DNA of 64,000 bases from Macrostomum hystrix (Eukaryota; Animalia; Platyhelminthes), in the NCBI GenBank assembly GCA_950097015.1, contig CATNEN010000038.1, forward strand, positions 29,202,001-29,266,000. Reading direction: 5' to 3'. Within the stretch, counting starts at the first letter, position 1; each line of letters starts with the position of its first letter. This document shows, piece after piece, positions 26,098-39,110 of the stretch. The notes under the pieces are model-generated. The model was given only the letters and a program-made list of their open reading frames with translations. It was not told the origin of the DNA and did no database searches. Position numbers and translations under genes: made by a program.

Positions 26098-28627
26098 ATG
26101 GAGGCTAATGGTGCTGAAATGCAGCAGCTTACACAGCAGAATGATGCTGCAGCTATGGAAACCATCGTTGTACAACAGTCGGATGATTCAGAGACGAATT
26201 CAGCCAGTCAGTTCTGTCTGGACTGTCTTAAAAAAAGTTCGGTTCGTGGCCTGCCGAGAATCTTGAGCAGCCAGAGCAGCCACCTCAAGCTGCTCTGGTC
26301 GGCGGCTGTTATAGCTTTCTTAGCCGGCCTCACTTACAACCTCGCCATGCTCACCGTGGCCTACCGCCGTGGCGATGTTGTCATAACGGAGCGGCCCCAA
26401 CGACCGCGGCCGGAATTCCCCAGCATCACAGTGTGCGACGCCAGCCCCGTGCCGCTGTCCACCATCGATCGGCTGTCAATATCCCCGACACAGTATCGCA
26501 AGCAAGTGCTTCGCTCGGCGAAGCTCTTGTTCTCTTCTGAAGCGGCTAATTCGATTAACGACAAGGAAAACATAGATGAGGCGATGCTGCTGCGCGAGCT
26601 GCTCAATCCGAAAACCTATTTCGACTTTTTACACAAGGAATTGATTAACCTCACACTGGTCGGGTTCAACGATTCCCTAGTACTAAGCTGTCACGCTCAC
26701 GTCGAGATTGGCGGAAAAAACTTCGTCCGGCGCTGCTTCCGAGTGCGCAAAACACTCGTGCCAGGCTACCAGTCCTGCTCCACCATTGAGCCCGGCCTTG
26801 AAGGTGAGAAGGTGACTAAAGTGTCATTTCACGTCCTGTTAGACTCGGAGGAGAACTTATTGGAGTGTCGGCACTGCATACCGGAGCACGATGAGACTAT
26901 GCGCACAGGAACTATTGTGTTTGTTCACGAGAAAGATTTTTATCCGGTGTCTGTGGACGCTGGCATGTTTGTGACGCCTGGCATTCAGGACTTCGTGTTG
27001 CTGAAGTCTAGACGGATGGTGCTAGCCAGCGATTGCTCTGAATCGCACCCAGATAAACTCGACTTCACCTTCTATGGTGAGAGAATGAGCTCCACCTACA
27101 ATCAGCAGCTGTGCCAATCCCTGGTTAGGCAGGACCTCATCCGCAAAATCTGTGACTGTACTGCAACATCGTTTCCGAACACAATCGAGAATGTCTTTGA
27201 AACTGCCGGCAACGCCTCGCACGGCGAATCGGCGACACTGCCCTCATGTGCAGAGAAGGTCCTCAGCAATGCGACGGACAGCTTCGATGGCATTAAGTGT
27301 ATAATGAACGTAAGAAAAATGCTAAATATAGTTTATCTAGATGAAAAGTAGAGTAAAATCGAAAATTTCTGCCCAAAATTTGCTTGTGTAGGTTGCTGTG
27401 TTGTCGTGTCCAATAGATAGGTACGCATAGGAATAGTGAGAAAATATATCAACCTTGTCATCTGGACACCGGATGCTTTGACAGTTATCCAAGTCAACCA
27501 TGACCCGACTGCGCTGGAAAAATATGTCGTTCAGTAAGAAACCAAACTCTTCATTTCTGGAGTCCACCCAGCTGGTAAAAGTGTACTAGGGTACCAGCAT
27601 CAGCTGAGGTGATTCAGTGTGGGTATGGCGCCACCCAGTCAATGGACGGATCAGCCGAATGCAGCCGTCAGTTGCGCCGCGCATTAGCTAAAGGCTGCGC
27701 TGTCGGCTGCACAACTGGACCGATGGAGCAGGTGTAATCAATTGTTACTACAATATGTGTAATCAATAGTAGAAGCCAAACAACAATGGACCTGCAAAAA
27801 GCCATACATAGCCTGATAAAATAGTTGGTCTCATCGATCAGTTAAATGTTAATTGATAACCCAGTTTTTAAGCTTACTGGCTGTCATTGATTCAAAAGAT
27901 TCACATTTGGCCTATTGGGTCATAACTATGAAGCAAGTTCTATTGTTCAGCGCTATTTTAAATACAAGGCACGAATTAGGCCTTGTAAAACAGGCCGCTA
28001 AAGCTTTCCAATATTTTCTTGAGAGCGGTAAAAAATATCACGAAAAGCATGGAACACACCGCTACACACCACACGCAGGTTGACAAGCTCCTACAATTGG
28101 GAGATAGCGGTGTCATACTACCAAGTGGCGATACAGCAGCAAACTCGCAGGTCCTAGCAAACTTGGATCGACGATGTCCGAAGCCGTGCCGATTTCTGGA
28201 ATTTACCACGGCCAGAAGCGCCACGCGAGGCGTGACAAAGAATACGGCCCTAGAAATCTACCGCACACTGGTTGCCAACACGTCAACCCACTCGCGCATC
28301 AAACACCACCTGGAGCCCTACACCAATGCGCTACTGTTAAAGTCGCAGAATCGACTAGAAGAAGCTCGCCAACTGATGGCCAAAACCGATTATCTGGAGC
28401 AAAATTTTTTAACAGTCGTAGTCTGGTTTCCAGACAAGATGTCGACTAGAGCGGTGCATCAGTACATCATCGGACTGGCGAGCTACCTAAGCCAGGTGGG
28501 AGGTCTTCTGTCTCTATTTAGCGGTATCACGGTGATCTGCATTGCGGAACTCTTAGAATTGTTCATCAATCTGGCATGCAACTACAGCAAACGACTTGGA
28601 AAGCGACGGACAAATAACGGAAAATGA
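26098..28627 (+). CDS. DEG/ENaC family sodium channel subunit; exons 26098..27309, 28079..28627
   Basis: FC...SSVRGLPRI, TM1, FPSITVC, Cys-rich ectodomain, CPKPC, TM2 SQVGGLLSLFSGITVICIAEL; phase-0 intron AAC|GTAAGA...ACGCAG|GTT. Confidence 0.88.
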
Positions 28628-28646
28628 ATAGACGACTTTGTAAATA

Positions 28647-29508
28647 CCAGGGTTGTGCCATAAATACGTTGACAAAATTACATTTAGCGTCTCTTTCTTT
28701 TGTACTTCTGGGCAGAATTTTTTTAACAGACTAAGGCACTGCATCGATCTTATTGCCGATGGAATCCCTCTAGCTTTTGAGATGGACAGAAGTCGTGTGG
28801 CATTCAAACTACCCTTCTAGTCAGTATGGAGAAAAGCCAAGCTGCCAAGCGCACTGCAATTTGGTCGTTGTGGGAGCAGCAGAAGAAGCAGGCTGATATT
28901 TAGATTAAGTTTATGCAAATCTTTAATGAGGATGCACCTTCGAAACAAACTGTGTCAAAGTGGGTGCAGCGCTTTGAGGACGGCTGGGAGACAGTTGACG
29001 CTCCCGCGTGACAACATCCAGTGTGGAAGCATGCCTGGGAAATGATCGTGAAGCAACTTTGAGGCAGTCTAAGGACTTGTTGAAAAAAACCGACCATCCG
29101 CATATGACATGAGTTGTTGCACGATGGTTCCCTAAACTGCTGACTCCTATTCTCACTGAAACTCTTACACGCTTTCCAGCTGCAAGAGAGGGTCAGGATG
29201 TGCCGCCACATGCTCAACGCCGATCAAAACAAGCCCGACTCTCTTAAATTTCTCTAAACTGAAAGAGCCTTTTCATGGCCATCGCTATGGAAGCCTTTCT
29301 GGACTCATGTCAGTCATCAGCCAGTGGGTGAGAGTGACCCCGTGGAATTCTTCGCCCAGGGCATCAGCAAGCTGTCAGAGAGATGGCACAAATGAGTGCA
29401 GCTTGTGGGTGACTGTGTTGAGAAGCGCAATGTTGATGACAATTAGCTGTTCTTTGTTTTGCTTCTTTGATATTTGCAGCTGTGAGCGAGTTTATGACAC
29501 AACCCTCG
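28647..29508 (+). mobile_element. Decayed mariner element
   Basis: Degenerate TIRs CCAGGGTTGTGCCATAAA / TTTATGACACAACCCTCG; peptide relics APSKQTVSKWVQRFEDG, ARWFPKLLT and FFAQGISKLSERW. Confidence 0.75.
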
Positions 29509-31564
29509 AAGAACAATTTTCACTGCGGGCAACAAAGTATGGAATTCATGGAAAAGACCGTTGAACGCTGACAGCTAGACAATATTGCATTAAATTTAGC
29601 TAAACTTTCTAATCTTATCAACGTTTATAAGTTGTTTTAGAAATTTTCGTGCTCCCAGAAGAGACATCCAAAAATTGCTTAGATTACAGGTTTAAAACGC
29701 TTTGTTTGTTTTTTTTGTTAATCGATTATAGTTCGTTAATCACTACAACCAGTGACACAGCCGCGGAACGACAAAGAACTGTAGAGTGTAACGAAAACGA
29801 GCTATTAATTGCAACAACTTTTATTCTTTATCTAACACTATGAAATTAATATTATTTTAAAAGCCTCTATTGAGGAGTGGCAACTTTAAGTAGTAGAGTG
29901 CGCAACTGTATTCGTCGCTGTTTTTGTCAACTGGACAAATTTTGTTAAAGCTTATGAGGCAGTGAATAATTAGGACACTTATTTTGAATTCCCGCCACTT
30001 TTTCTCACGCGCTAGCTATTTGTCGTAACCTCACGCAGCGCTCGTTGTTCGTTGTATGCGCACTCAAGCGGGACGTGCACCCACCCCAATTTTGGTACAT
30101 ATATACAGAGAAGAATATAATGCGATCTTTACCCGTTAACACTGGTTAACCTTGTTACCCATGTTGGACCTGCTTTACGTTCTATACGTTCTCAACGTTT
30201 TGCTCTACGAAATATAAGCGATTCCACTTCCTACCTCTTTCCCTGTTTCGATATTAAAATAAATCGAGTTCTTTAGTGATTTTCCTAGGAGAAAACAATT
30301 AGATACCTTTGCCTTTCCAATCCTCTCCCAAAGATATCTCGTCGGCCTTCTTTACCCCGAATCCACCCTATTATATGATCCCTTTGAAATCCAAAATTTA
30401 AAGTCGTAAAATCCCATCTAAAAGTCCACCTAAGGTTCCCTAAATACCCCCTGAAGTCTCAAAACTCCGCCTTTATCCCCTAATGTAACTGTACTATTAT
30501 AATTCCGGACCCCATAGAGGAAAGTAAGTGAGATTGCGAAGGACGTTCACCAGGCAACTTATATCCATCCTGATACGCCCCACGGACTGTGTGCCCCAGA
30601 TCTTAGCCCTCGTGCCAGCAGCAGTAAATTCCGCTCCTATTGTTAGTAGCTAGTGTCTTGCCGCTCGGGCATTAGCGCTACCTTAGGTATAACACGAACA
30701 GCGTGAAAAATACCTATTCTCACCCTCATAACTTACGCTACCATTCCCCCTAAATACTCAGCTCACCAATCCCAAATCCAACAAATAGAGAGAGAGCTGA
30801 GAGGTCTGCTACACTTACTATCAAATAAAACCGGAAAACCAAAACCACGAAAATTACGAGTTAAAAACTGTGACAATCAAAAGAGCAACCGAATTTCGTT
30901 TAGCTTTTTATATTTTACAATTCTGATTTAGGTCCTTTTTAAATAAATTATTGATACATGAGCAATGTGGCACAAATTATTTTAGCTATCTAAGTTTCAC
31001 ATACAAGCAGCATTAACTACATTTTAGAATAATCCGAGAAAGAAAATAAAATAATAAAAAACGCATTTTCAATTATAAGGACACTAGCAAAGTCTTACAG
31101 GTTCAATGTAAAATAAAAGTATCATTAATGAATAATGAAATATACAAACTTTAGTAAAATTAATGATCTATGAGTACAGTTAGGGAATTGAGTTTCTTCT
31201 CTAATTTAGAACACACACTATTCAATCCTGACATGGTAAAAAGTGATTTTGAGAAACTAATTTAACTCGATAAACTTCTGCTTGGATTAGCTGCTAAACA
31301 TAATTTAATTCTCGTTAACTACCTCGGTACTCGGTGTGAGTAGTATAATGTGCAGGTTTTATGAGCTGCTTCAAAATTTACGAAACAAACGATTTTACAG
31401 ACAGGAGTTTAGCGTGTCTAGAGCTTACTGATATGATAAAAAGCTAAGTGTATTTTTCACGATTAGATGAACCGAAAATCTTTACTAAAATATAGACTTT
31501 TATAGAGAAAAACTAACTCCTGATTAAATGGATTTTTAAAGCCCAAGTTTGTACAGGGAAGGAA

Positions 31565-32068
31565 CACTGAAAGCCGGGATTCTACAGAAACAGAGATCTT
31601 TGAAAGCCGGGATTCTACAGAAACATGGATCTTTGAAAGCCGGGATTCTACAGAAACATGGATATTTGAAAGCCGGGATTTTACAGAAACATGGATATTT
31701 GAAAGCCGGAATTCTACAGAAACAAGGATCTTTGAAAGCCGGGATTCTACAGAAACAGGGATCTTTGAAAACCGGGATTCTACAGAAACAGGGATCTTTG
31801 AAAGCCGGGATTCTACAGAAACAGGGATCTTTGAAAGCCGGGATTCTACAGAAACATGGATCTTTGAAAGCCGGGATTCTACAGAAACAGGGATCTTTGA
31901 AAACCGGGATTCTACAGAAACAGGGATCTTTGAAAGCCGGGATTCTACAGAAACAGGGATCTTTGAAAGCCTGGATTCTACAGAAACAGGGATCTTTGAA
32001 AGCCGGGATTCTACAGAAACAGGGATCTTTGAAAGCCGGGATTCTACAGAAACAGGTATCTTTGAAAG
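31565..32068. repeat. 33-bp tandem array (TTTGAAAGCCGGGATTCTACAGAAACAGGGATC)
   Basis: About 15 units downstream of the ICMT stop codon. Confidence 0.95.
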
Positions 32069-32252
32069 TGGGGAATGGACATACAATGGATTTTTTGAGC
32101 CCACGATTTTCATTACAGGGATTATGGTGAAAGTATCCCTGTTCGTTGTTTAAAATAGTTTGAAGCATGGAATTAAGATAATTATGGTAATCATGATAAT
32201 TGTGGTAGTTATGATAATCGGAATAGGACGCAGCTGGAATGGAACTTAAAGC

Positions 32253-33707
32253 TTATACCCTGACAAAATATCCGCGAACAAAAGGCACACCGGACCATGT
32301 GCTTCTCTGATAATTCAAATAGGACTGATTAAAAAAGTTGATCAACAATCGCTCCTCTTCCATGATGCGCTCGCGAAAGAATCTCCAACTAGCCGCAGTG
32401 TAGCCAATAGCCGATATTGGATTGCACAGCAATAGCTGCGTGCCCACAGCCCAGGCGAACCAGCCCGTATAGGCCGGATGCCGCATCCAAGCGTAGACGC
32501 CTCCGGTTACTAGCACGTGATCTGTGCGCTTGCGATGCTCCACTACGTGATTGAAATTGCTGCCCGCTGTTAGCATGGCCAGCTTGCGCAGGCACTCGCC
32601 GGCAGTGCACATCGCTATGCCGGTTGCTATTGGCAGCGAGTAGGACTGCGAAATAACAGGCGTTAGGAATGCGTTAATGAGCTAGGGTGTTGGTAATGAG
32701 CTAGAAGTATCTTTAGATTTTTAACACAATTTTAAGTATCGATAATAAGTCATGAAAATTAGTGTCTGGGTAATGAGGACTAGAGTGTGTGTAAGGAGGA
32801 CTTGAGTATGAGAAATGAGGACTAGAGTATGAGTAATGAGGACTAGAGTATGAGTAATGAGGACTAGAGTATGAGTAATGAGGACTAGAGAATGGGTAAT
32901 GAGGACTAGAGTATGGGTAATGAGGACAAGAGAACTGGTACCAAAGATTTCCCAGGATCGGTAATGAAGACTAGAGGATTGGCAATGAGGGCTAGAGAAT
33001 TTATAATGAATACTAGAGGTTTGGTAATGAGGGCTAGAGGATTGGTAATGAAGGTTGAAGAAAATATCATTGGCAAATGATAATAAAAATTAGAGAATTG
33101 GTAATAAAAATATTATCAAGGAGACAGTTGAGTATAAGGACTAATTAACAAGTGTCGAGAAGCCCACAATCTACAATACACCACGCACCTTAAGCCAAGG
33201 AAGCAGCAGAGCCTCTAGCCAGAACTCCAGCCAGCTGACCAGAGCAGCGATATGATATTCACGACTGTGATCCAGCATATAGGAGCTTAGCCGGAGAGTG
33301 GCCGGATTAGTCACGGCTGTAACCCAGTACTCAGACCAATGGAAAAGGCTCAGATAGCACACGTACAGGCCGAATGTCCAATAAGAATTTGAGTAGGCTG
33401 TGAGCAATATTCCGCAGGACAGAAACCAGCCTAGCAACAAGGCTCGCTTGCCATTTTCCCAATAGTTTGGATAAGAATGCACCGGGAGTAGCAACCAGCG
33501 GAGTAGGCCAGTTACCAAGCAGGCAGATAGACTGCCGCTTAGCAACCGTTGCCATGGAAATGCATTAGAATCACTATTGGCAAATGTTGAACAGGCCAGG
33601 ATTGTTGGAAGTAAGGTAGCTAACACGCCAGTTAAAAATGCATGCAGCGAAACTTTTGCATCTGTGCTGCATTTGAAATATGCCTCGCCAAGTGATTGAA
33701 TTGCCAT
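32253..33707 (-). CDS. ICMT: Protein-S-isoprenylcysteine O-methyltransferase; exons 33707..33189, 32645..32253
   Basis: FHWSEY, LDHSREYHIAA, LRKLAMLTAGSNFNH, LVTGGVYAWMRHPAYTGWF, RIMEEE; phase-0 GT-AG intron. Confidence 0.95.
32770..33055. repeat. 21-bp tandem array (GTAATGAGGACTAGAGTATGA) in the ICMT intron
   Basis: Visible periodicity, decaying toward the edges. Confidence 0.85.
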
Positions 33708-36609
33708 GCTTGGCTGAATAAAATTAAACTGCTTCTTTTTAGTTCCTTTACAACTGATTAGTTGTACTGAAATAAGAAATGAATAGTATGGAAAAAAATT
33801 AAAATGCTTAAATTCTATACTCTAAAAAGCATAAAAAACAAGTTCATGTGATAAATTACATGCAAAATATTGAAGGCATGCACACAAGGAGAAACAAACA
33901 ATTTTTTAGGAAGAATGAGTCAATGTGTCATATCTACCATTTTTCTATTTTCCTTATGCGAGGACACAGTTTAATTTCCTGACACATTGCTATTATTCAA
34001 TTATTTTACTCAATTCTCATAAAAGTGTATTGCAATCACATATATTATATTTTAGACTTAGGTATGTGTTGCAAATAAAAAATAAAGATTTCAGAGGGAA
34101 TAATTAGACTCAGAAAGCAAACTAAGCAATATTGGGAAATGGTGTTTTGAATATAGTTGTTTAAATTGATTACTTTTAAAAGAGCTATAACAAAATTGTA
34201 TGTCTGAGTAAAATTATACTTTTGTACATTTGTACATTTTGTACATATTGTATCCTTTGTATTCTATCTACAACTATTGCAAGTATTGTATCATTTAATG
34301 TGAAGTACATTTAAATTAAATAAAAGAACAAAGACAAATACTGAAAGATGTAAGGATTCAAAAAGGCAGTATAGATAGGGAGTGAGAGAAGTGAGAAGAG
34401 TGACAAAAATTAAATAACAAATATACAAAAACACAATTTAACCTTCATTCTAAAAATAAATATAATTTTTGCAGACACATTTCAGGTATGAATTTGAAAG
34501 TTCTGATTGAAGTGTCACGCAGTATGAAATTGGGTGGTATGGTATAGTGCAGCATAGTATAGCTCCGACATATACATATGCTAAAGCTATTTTTAGCTTG
34601 GCACAGTGCTCTTTTGAGCCAAAGTTTTATAGTTTCTGGTGCCTGTATATGAACTTTGTGCAAAAATTCTAATGGGTTTGGGCTTGAATAAATGGAAGAT
34701 GCTTTGATGAATAAATCTTAAATTTTAAACATATAATTAACTTAGTTGCATCAGAGCTATTATAACGTTTCATTGTTACTGGTGCTAAGAAATAGGCCTA
34801 TCTGCCGGTGAATGTCAAGCTAGCTCTTAAAATAGGGCCTATACTATAGAGATAATAATATATTTTAAAGAATTAAAGCTGTATATGCCAGTCGAGTTTT
34901 GCTGTGGATTAAACTAAATAGTTTTTTTAAGTTACTGTGCCTTTTTTAATGTGAATGTCAATTTGGAAATTAATAAGTCCATAAATGGTTTAGTGTTATT
35001 CACCTTTTCAACTACTCTGTGAGATGCTAGACAGTTTGTCAAATATATACATAACACCTGGCCAAAATGAGTATGAAATGAGGGCCAAGCAAAAGTAAGT
35101 CATGAAAATCAACTGACCAAAGTGAAAAAAATCAAACGGAGGGCACAAAGAAAAAAGAGAAAAAGAAGAAAACACTAAAAAAGAGATAAAAACAGAAAAA
35201 GGGAAGACAGAAGAGAAGGTGAGAAGGGGAGAGAAGAAGAGAAAGAAAGCAGAGAATACAATAAATATAAAAATCTGGACCAAATAAATATGTTTCAATT
35301 CATAAATAGCACTAAGAAATAAGCTGAAATGAGAGAAAACAAAGTCACAGATTTAAGAAACTATTGAGCTCCTTAAAGGATGACAAAAATGCAACTTAAT
35401 TTTCTCTATTCTGCAACTTTGTTTTTTTATAGGTTTAATTATTGTTTGAATTTTACTAAATTTCTTTGTCTTCAATTTAGATCCCTGTCCTCTGATTTTC
35501 TTGTTCTTCTTTTCTACTCTCTGATTTTCAGCTTGGCATGCGTCATGCATGGGTGGTTGACCTCCCGCATACGGTGTGCAAGGACAAAAACAGTTCGCAT
35601 ACATGTATACTATGGCCTCTGTTCCACTAAAATGCCCAGTGAGGACTGGATTCTAGTAATACCCTCAGTCTTCAGAGAGACCTGTTGTGCATGTTAGATT
35701 TTAAAAGAGATAGGCCTTAAGCTCTTCAATCAATTTTAGTGTGTTATCAGTTGGCCTAGCGCCCTAGCAACTAAATAATTTTATAACTAAAATTGAAATG
35801 TAATTTTAATCTATTTTTTGAACGTTTTGGAAAGCTTGAAAACATTATACCAATTAACTACTAAGCCATAAAATTAAGCCTCAAAATGTAGGTCCTAATT
35901 TTCTAGAGTCTGTCAGTCAGCTAGACTTTTTTCATGAATTGACAGGAAGGTGACCTTCTATCCAAATATAAGGTGCTCTATCAGGCTATAAGGGGGCCTA
36001 TAGAAACAATAAATAATCATAGGCCACTTCATAAAATGATAGGTCTATTCCATAGCATGACGATGTGGTGTGGCATGCAAAGATTTGTTTCTTTTTGTTG
36101 CCGTTTGGTAAAATTTACGTCTAAAAAATTCGGCGAAAATCTTTTAGTAACAAATACCGAAAACGACATATCGTTTTATATGCGTGGTATGTGCAAAAAC
36201 ATAGTCTAGTTTATTAACTTATAAAAATATTTACTTGTTTCGTTACTTTGTCAAAATTCAAAATAAGACAACAATCAGAACCCAATCCGACAAGCATTCA
36301 AACGCGACCTAAAGTTAAGTTTTAAAAATAAATCAAAATTCGTAGCTTCTATCATAGTAATATTTATTTATAAGCCTAGACAAGCACTGTAGTATAAAAT
36401 GTGTTAAAATTTGTTTTATGTTCGCTGATGTTGAGAAATGAAAAACATTTAAAATATAGTTTCTTGTAATGTAATACAGTAGTAATAAAGATACAAATAG
36501 CATGAAAGCATATGACAGAGTCGTGTTACTACTGTCTTTCGTATCAATTGTCACCCGATATGCAACCCAAGGACTACTAAACAACATTAGTGTTGTTTAG
36601 TTGTCCTTG

Positions 36610-36704
36610 TATGCAACCATCTAGCCCTTAATGCGGCACGTAGAAATGGGGCGACTAGACTGCGGTGCGGCACGCCGTGCAGCCATGCCGTAGCTCCGTC
36701 TAGT
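36610..36704 (+). mobile_element. Helitron-like 3' end (hairpin + CTAG|T); second copy at ~39581-39673
   Basis: CGGCA...TGCCG hairpin 9 nt before CTAGT; both copies begin TATGCAACCATCTAGCCCTTA. Confidence 0.5.
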
Positions 36705-37444
36705 AGTGTTTTTCTCTGCTTTGCTCATTTAAACGCGCTTTCTACGAAACTAAATTTCTGAAATGTATCATGTATGCCTATCGTAAATTGTATTAAGTTA
36801 GTAAATTCTAAAGAGAGCTCTATAGAAAATATTGAAAACAGGACCAAACAATTTTCTTGGAAATATTGCCAAGGGGCAAGGGAGCCATGGCCCCCTCAGA
36901 AGCAAGAAAACTTGTACTGTTTTTCCCCTGACTAACTATTTGGCAATCTTCCCTTTGGAACCTAAATACCCATTTTGGCTGTTAGACTTAGTCTTAGACA
37001 CCTATTTTGGTGCCTAGACACCCATTTTCGCACCCATCTCAGACACCCACCTTGGCTCCCAAGGAGACACCTCTAAGACACCCATTTTGGCTCCCAAGGA
37101 GACACCTCTGAGATAAGCAAGCATTGGCTTGCCCCCCTCAAGAAATTCCTGTTCCTGCCCCCCTCAAAAAACTATAAAACTTAACCGTAAAGATACGGTA
37201 TTTTCTTAACTATTACACATATAAATACTAAATCAGATATTTGATCATGAACTGCTTGTAGGCCTAATAAAAAATATTGCAAATGTATATTTTGTGACCA
37301 CATGTGTCCATTCATCTATGCCCCTTTGAAATGTAATCATGTTTTCTTAGTGTTATAGGGCTAATTTCTTTGTTATGTATTTATTCTAATGATGCCACCA
37401 AAGTTGTACCAGGTCTTTACTTCTTAAGCTAATTAATTATCTAA

Positions 37445-39110
37445 TTTCACCGAATGCCACCAAAGTTGTTGCAGGGCAAAATTATTAATTAAGATCCCAC
37501 CGCTGTTGCCTTAATTTAATAGATATTTAACTCGCGGTCCTTAAATGGGCTGTTTTAACTTCTCAAATGGTAGCGTATGAATTTGCACGAGCGGTATTTA
37601 GGCAACTGTATGCATCTCCAGTCAATTAGGTGCCCCGAGATTAGAGTTTAGCAGTTTCCCTTTTGTAATATTCTTAGTATAATTCTGAGTATAATTCTTA
37701 GTATAGTTCTGAGTAAGGTTCTGAGTATAGTTCTAAGTATAGTTCTAAGTATAGTTCTGAGTATGGTTCTTAGTATAGTTATGAGTATATTTCTCACTAC
37801 TATTTTCTCTTAAAATGAATAACACAATGTAACACTTCAAACTTTGAAATTTGCTTTGAAACACACACTTAACACTTTACACTTTACACAACTCACAACT
37901 TCAACTTCACTTTTACCTCACCTCAACTCAACTCAACCCAACTTTATTTTCTTGGTAAAAAATCGCAGCTATAAATATACAGTAAAACTTAGCATTTGTT
38001 TAAATTGAAACATTTTACATAATATTTTGCATACGGTACAATTTGAAACAAAATATTGATATACAGTATTATTTTTGTTACGGTAAAAAGAAAAACAAAT
38101 TGTTTTTGGTGCGTTTTTAATTTTTATATATTTTTGCGCATTTTATAGAAAACATATTTACAAAGAAACGTTTTGTTGTAGGCCTTATTTAATAACTGGC
38201 TTTTATAAGAAAATCCCACCACTGTTATCAAGTTGTTGCAGGGCAATATAATAAATTTAACTTTTATTCTATCGCTGACACTGACACAGAAGTTGTTACA
38301 GGTGGAAATTAACTATCCCACCGCTGTTATCAAAGTTGTGGTAGGCGTGCTTTCTTCTTTTTACTTAAATTCTACTGAATGCCACCAAGGTTGTACTGGG
38401 GCTATTTTAATAAGTTCACTGCTGTTAACTCAATTTAAAAGATATTTTTAAATGGCGGTCCTTAAATGGGCCGTTTTAGCTTCTCTTTTAGCTTTATATA
38501 TGCACGAGCGGTAACTAGGCAACTGTTTCCAGTCAATTTAGGCGTCCCCGAGATTAGAGTTTAGCAGTTTCTCTTCTGTAATATTCTTAGTATAATTTCT
38601 GAGTATAATTCTGATTATATATCTCACTGCTATTTCTTCTTAAAATGAATAACACAATGCACACAATTACCTTCGGAAATTTGCTTTTTTAACACACTTA
38701 AAAGTTCTATTTATAAACACACTAAAAACTACTTCAATTTCAACTTCAATTCTTTTAAACACTTCAAATTATCTCAACCTTTAAACTCACTCTTTAAACT
38801 CTCTTGAAAACACTTCAAACTTATGAAAACCTTGAAATCTCTTAAAACCTGACAAACTTTACAAAACTTACTTCAACACACACTGACAACGTACAACTGA
38901 CAAGGTTTATTCTCTCTGAAAACTTGCCGCTATTTATACACAGGGAATTTAGCGTTTGTTTTAATTCGCATATTTTACATAATATTATTTACATGATGAA
39001 AAGTAAAACAAAATTATTTTCATACAACATTACTTTTAATACGGTACAAAGATTAACAAAATATATTTTTAGCGCGTTTTTGATTTTTATTTATTTTTAC
39101 GATTTTATAA
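37445..39110. repeat. Diverged ~0.92-kb tandem duplication (~37445-38200 and ~38375-39110)
   Basis: Colinear blocks CGGTCCTTAAATGGGC, GCACGAGCGGTA, CCCCGAGATTAGAGTTTAGCAGTTTC and CTTAAAATGAATAACACAATG. Confidence 0.85.

Noticed and set aside
27560-27740. GC-rich patch in the ENaC intron (also 18430-18660 and 30000-30850)
   Set aside because: Probably retroelement UTR remnants, but no diagnostic motif, second copy or boundary is visible
36835-37165. Possible decayed hAT MITE with CACCCATTTTGG repeats
   Set aside because: Inverted ends are too degenerate and no TSD was found
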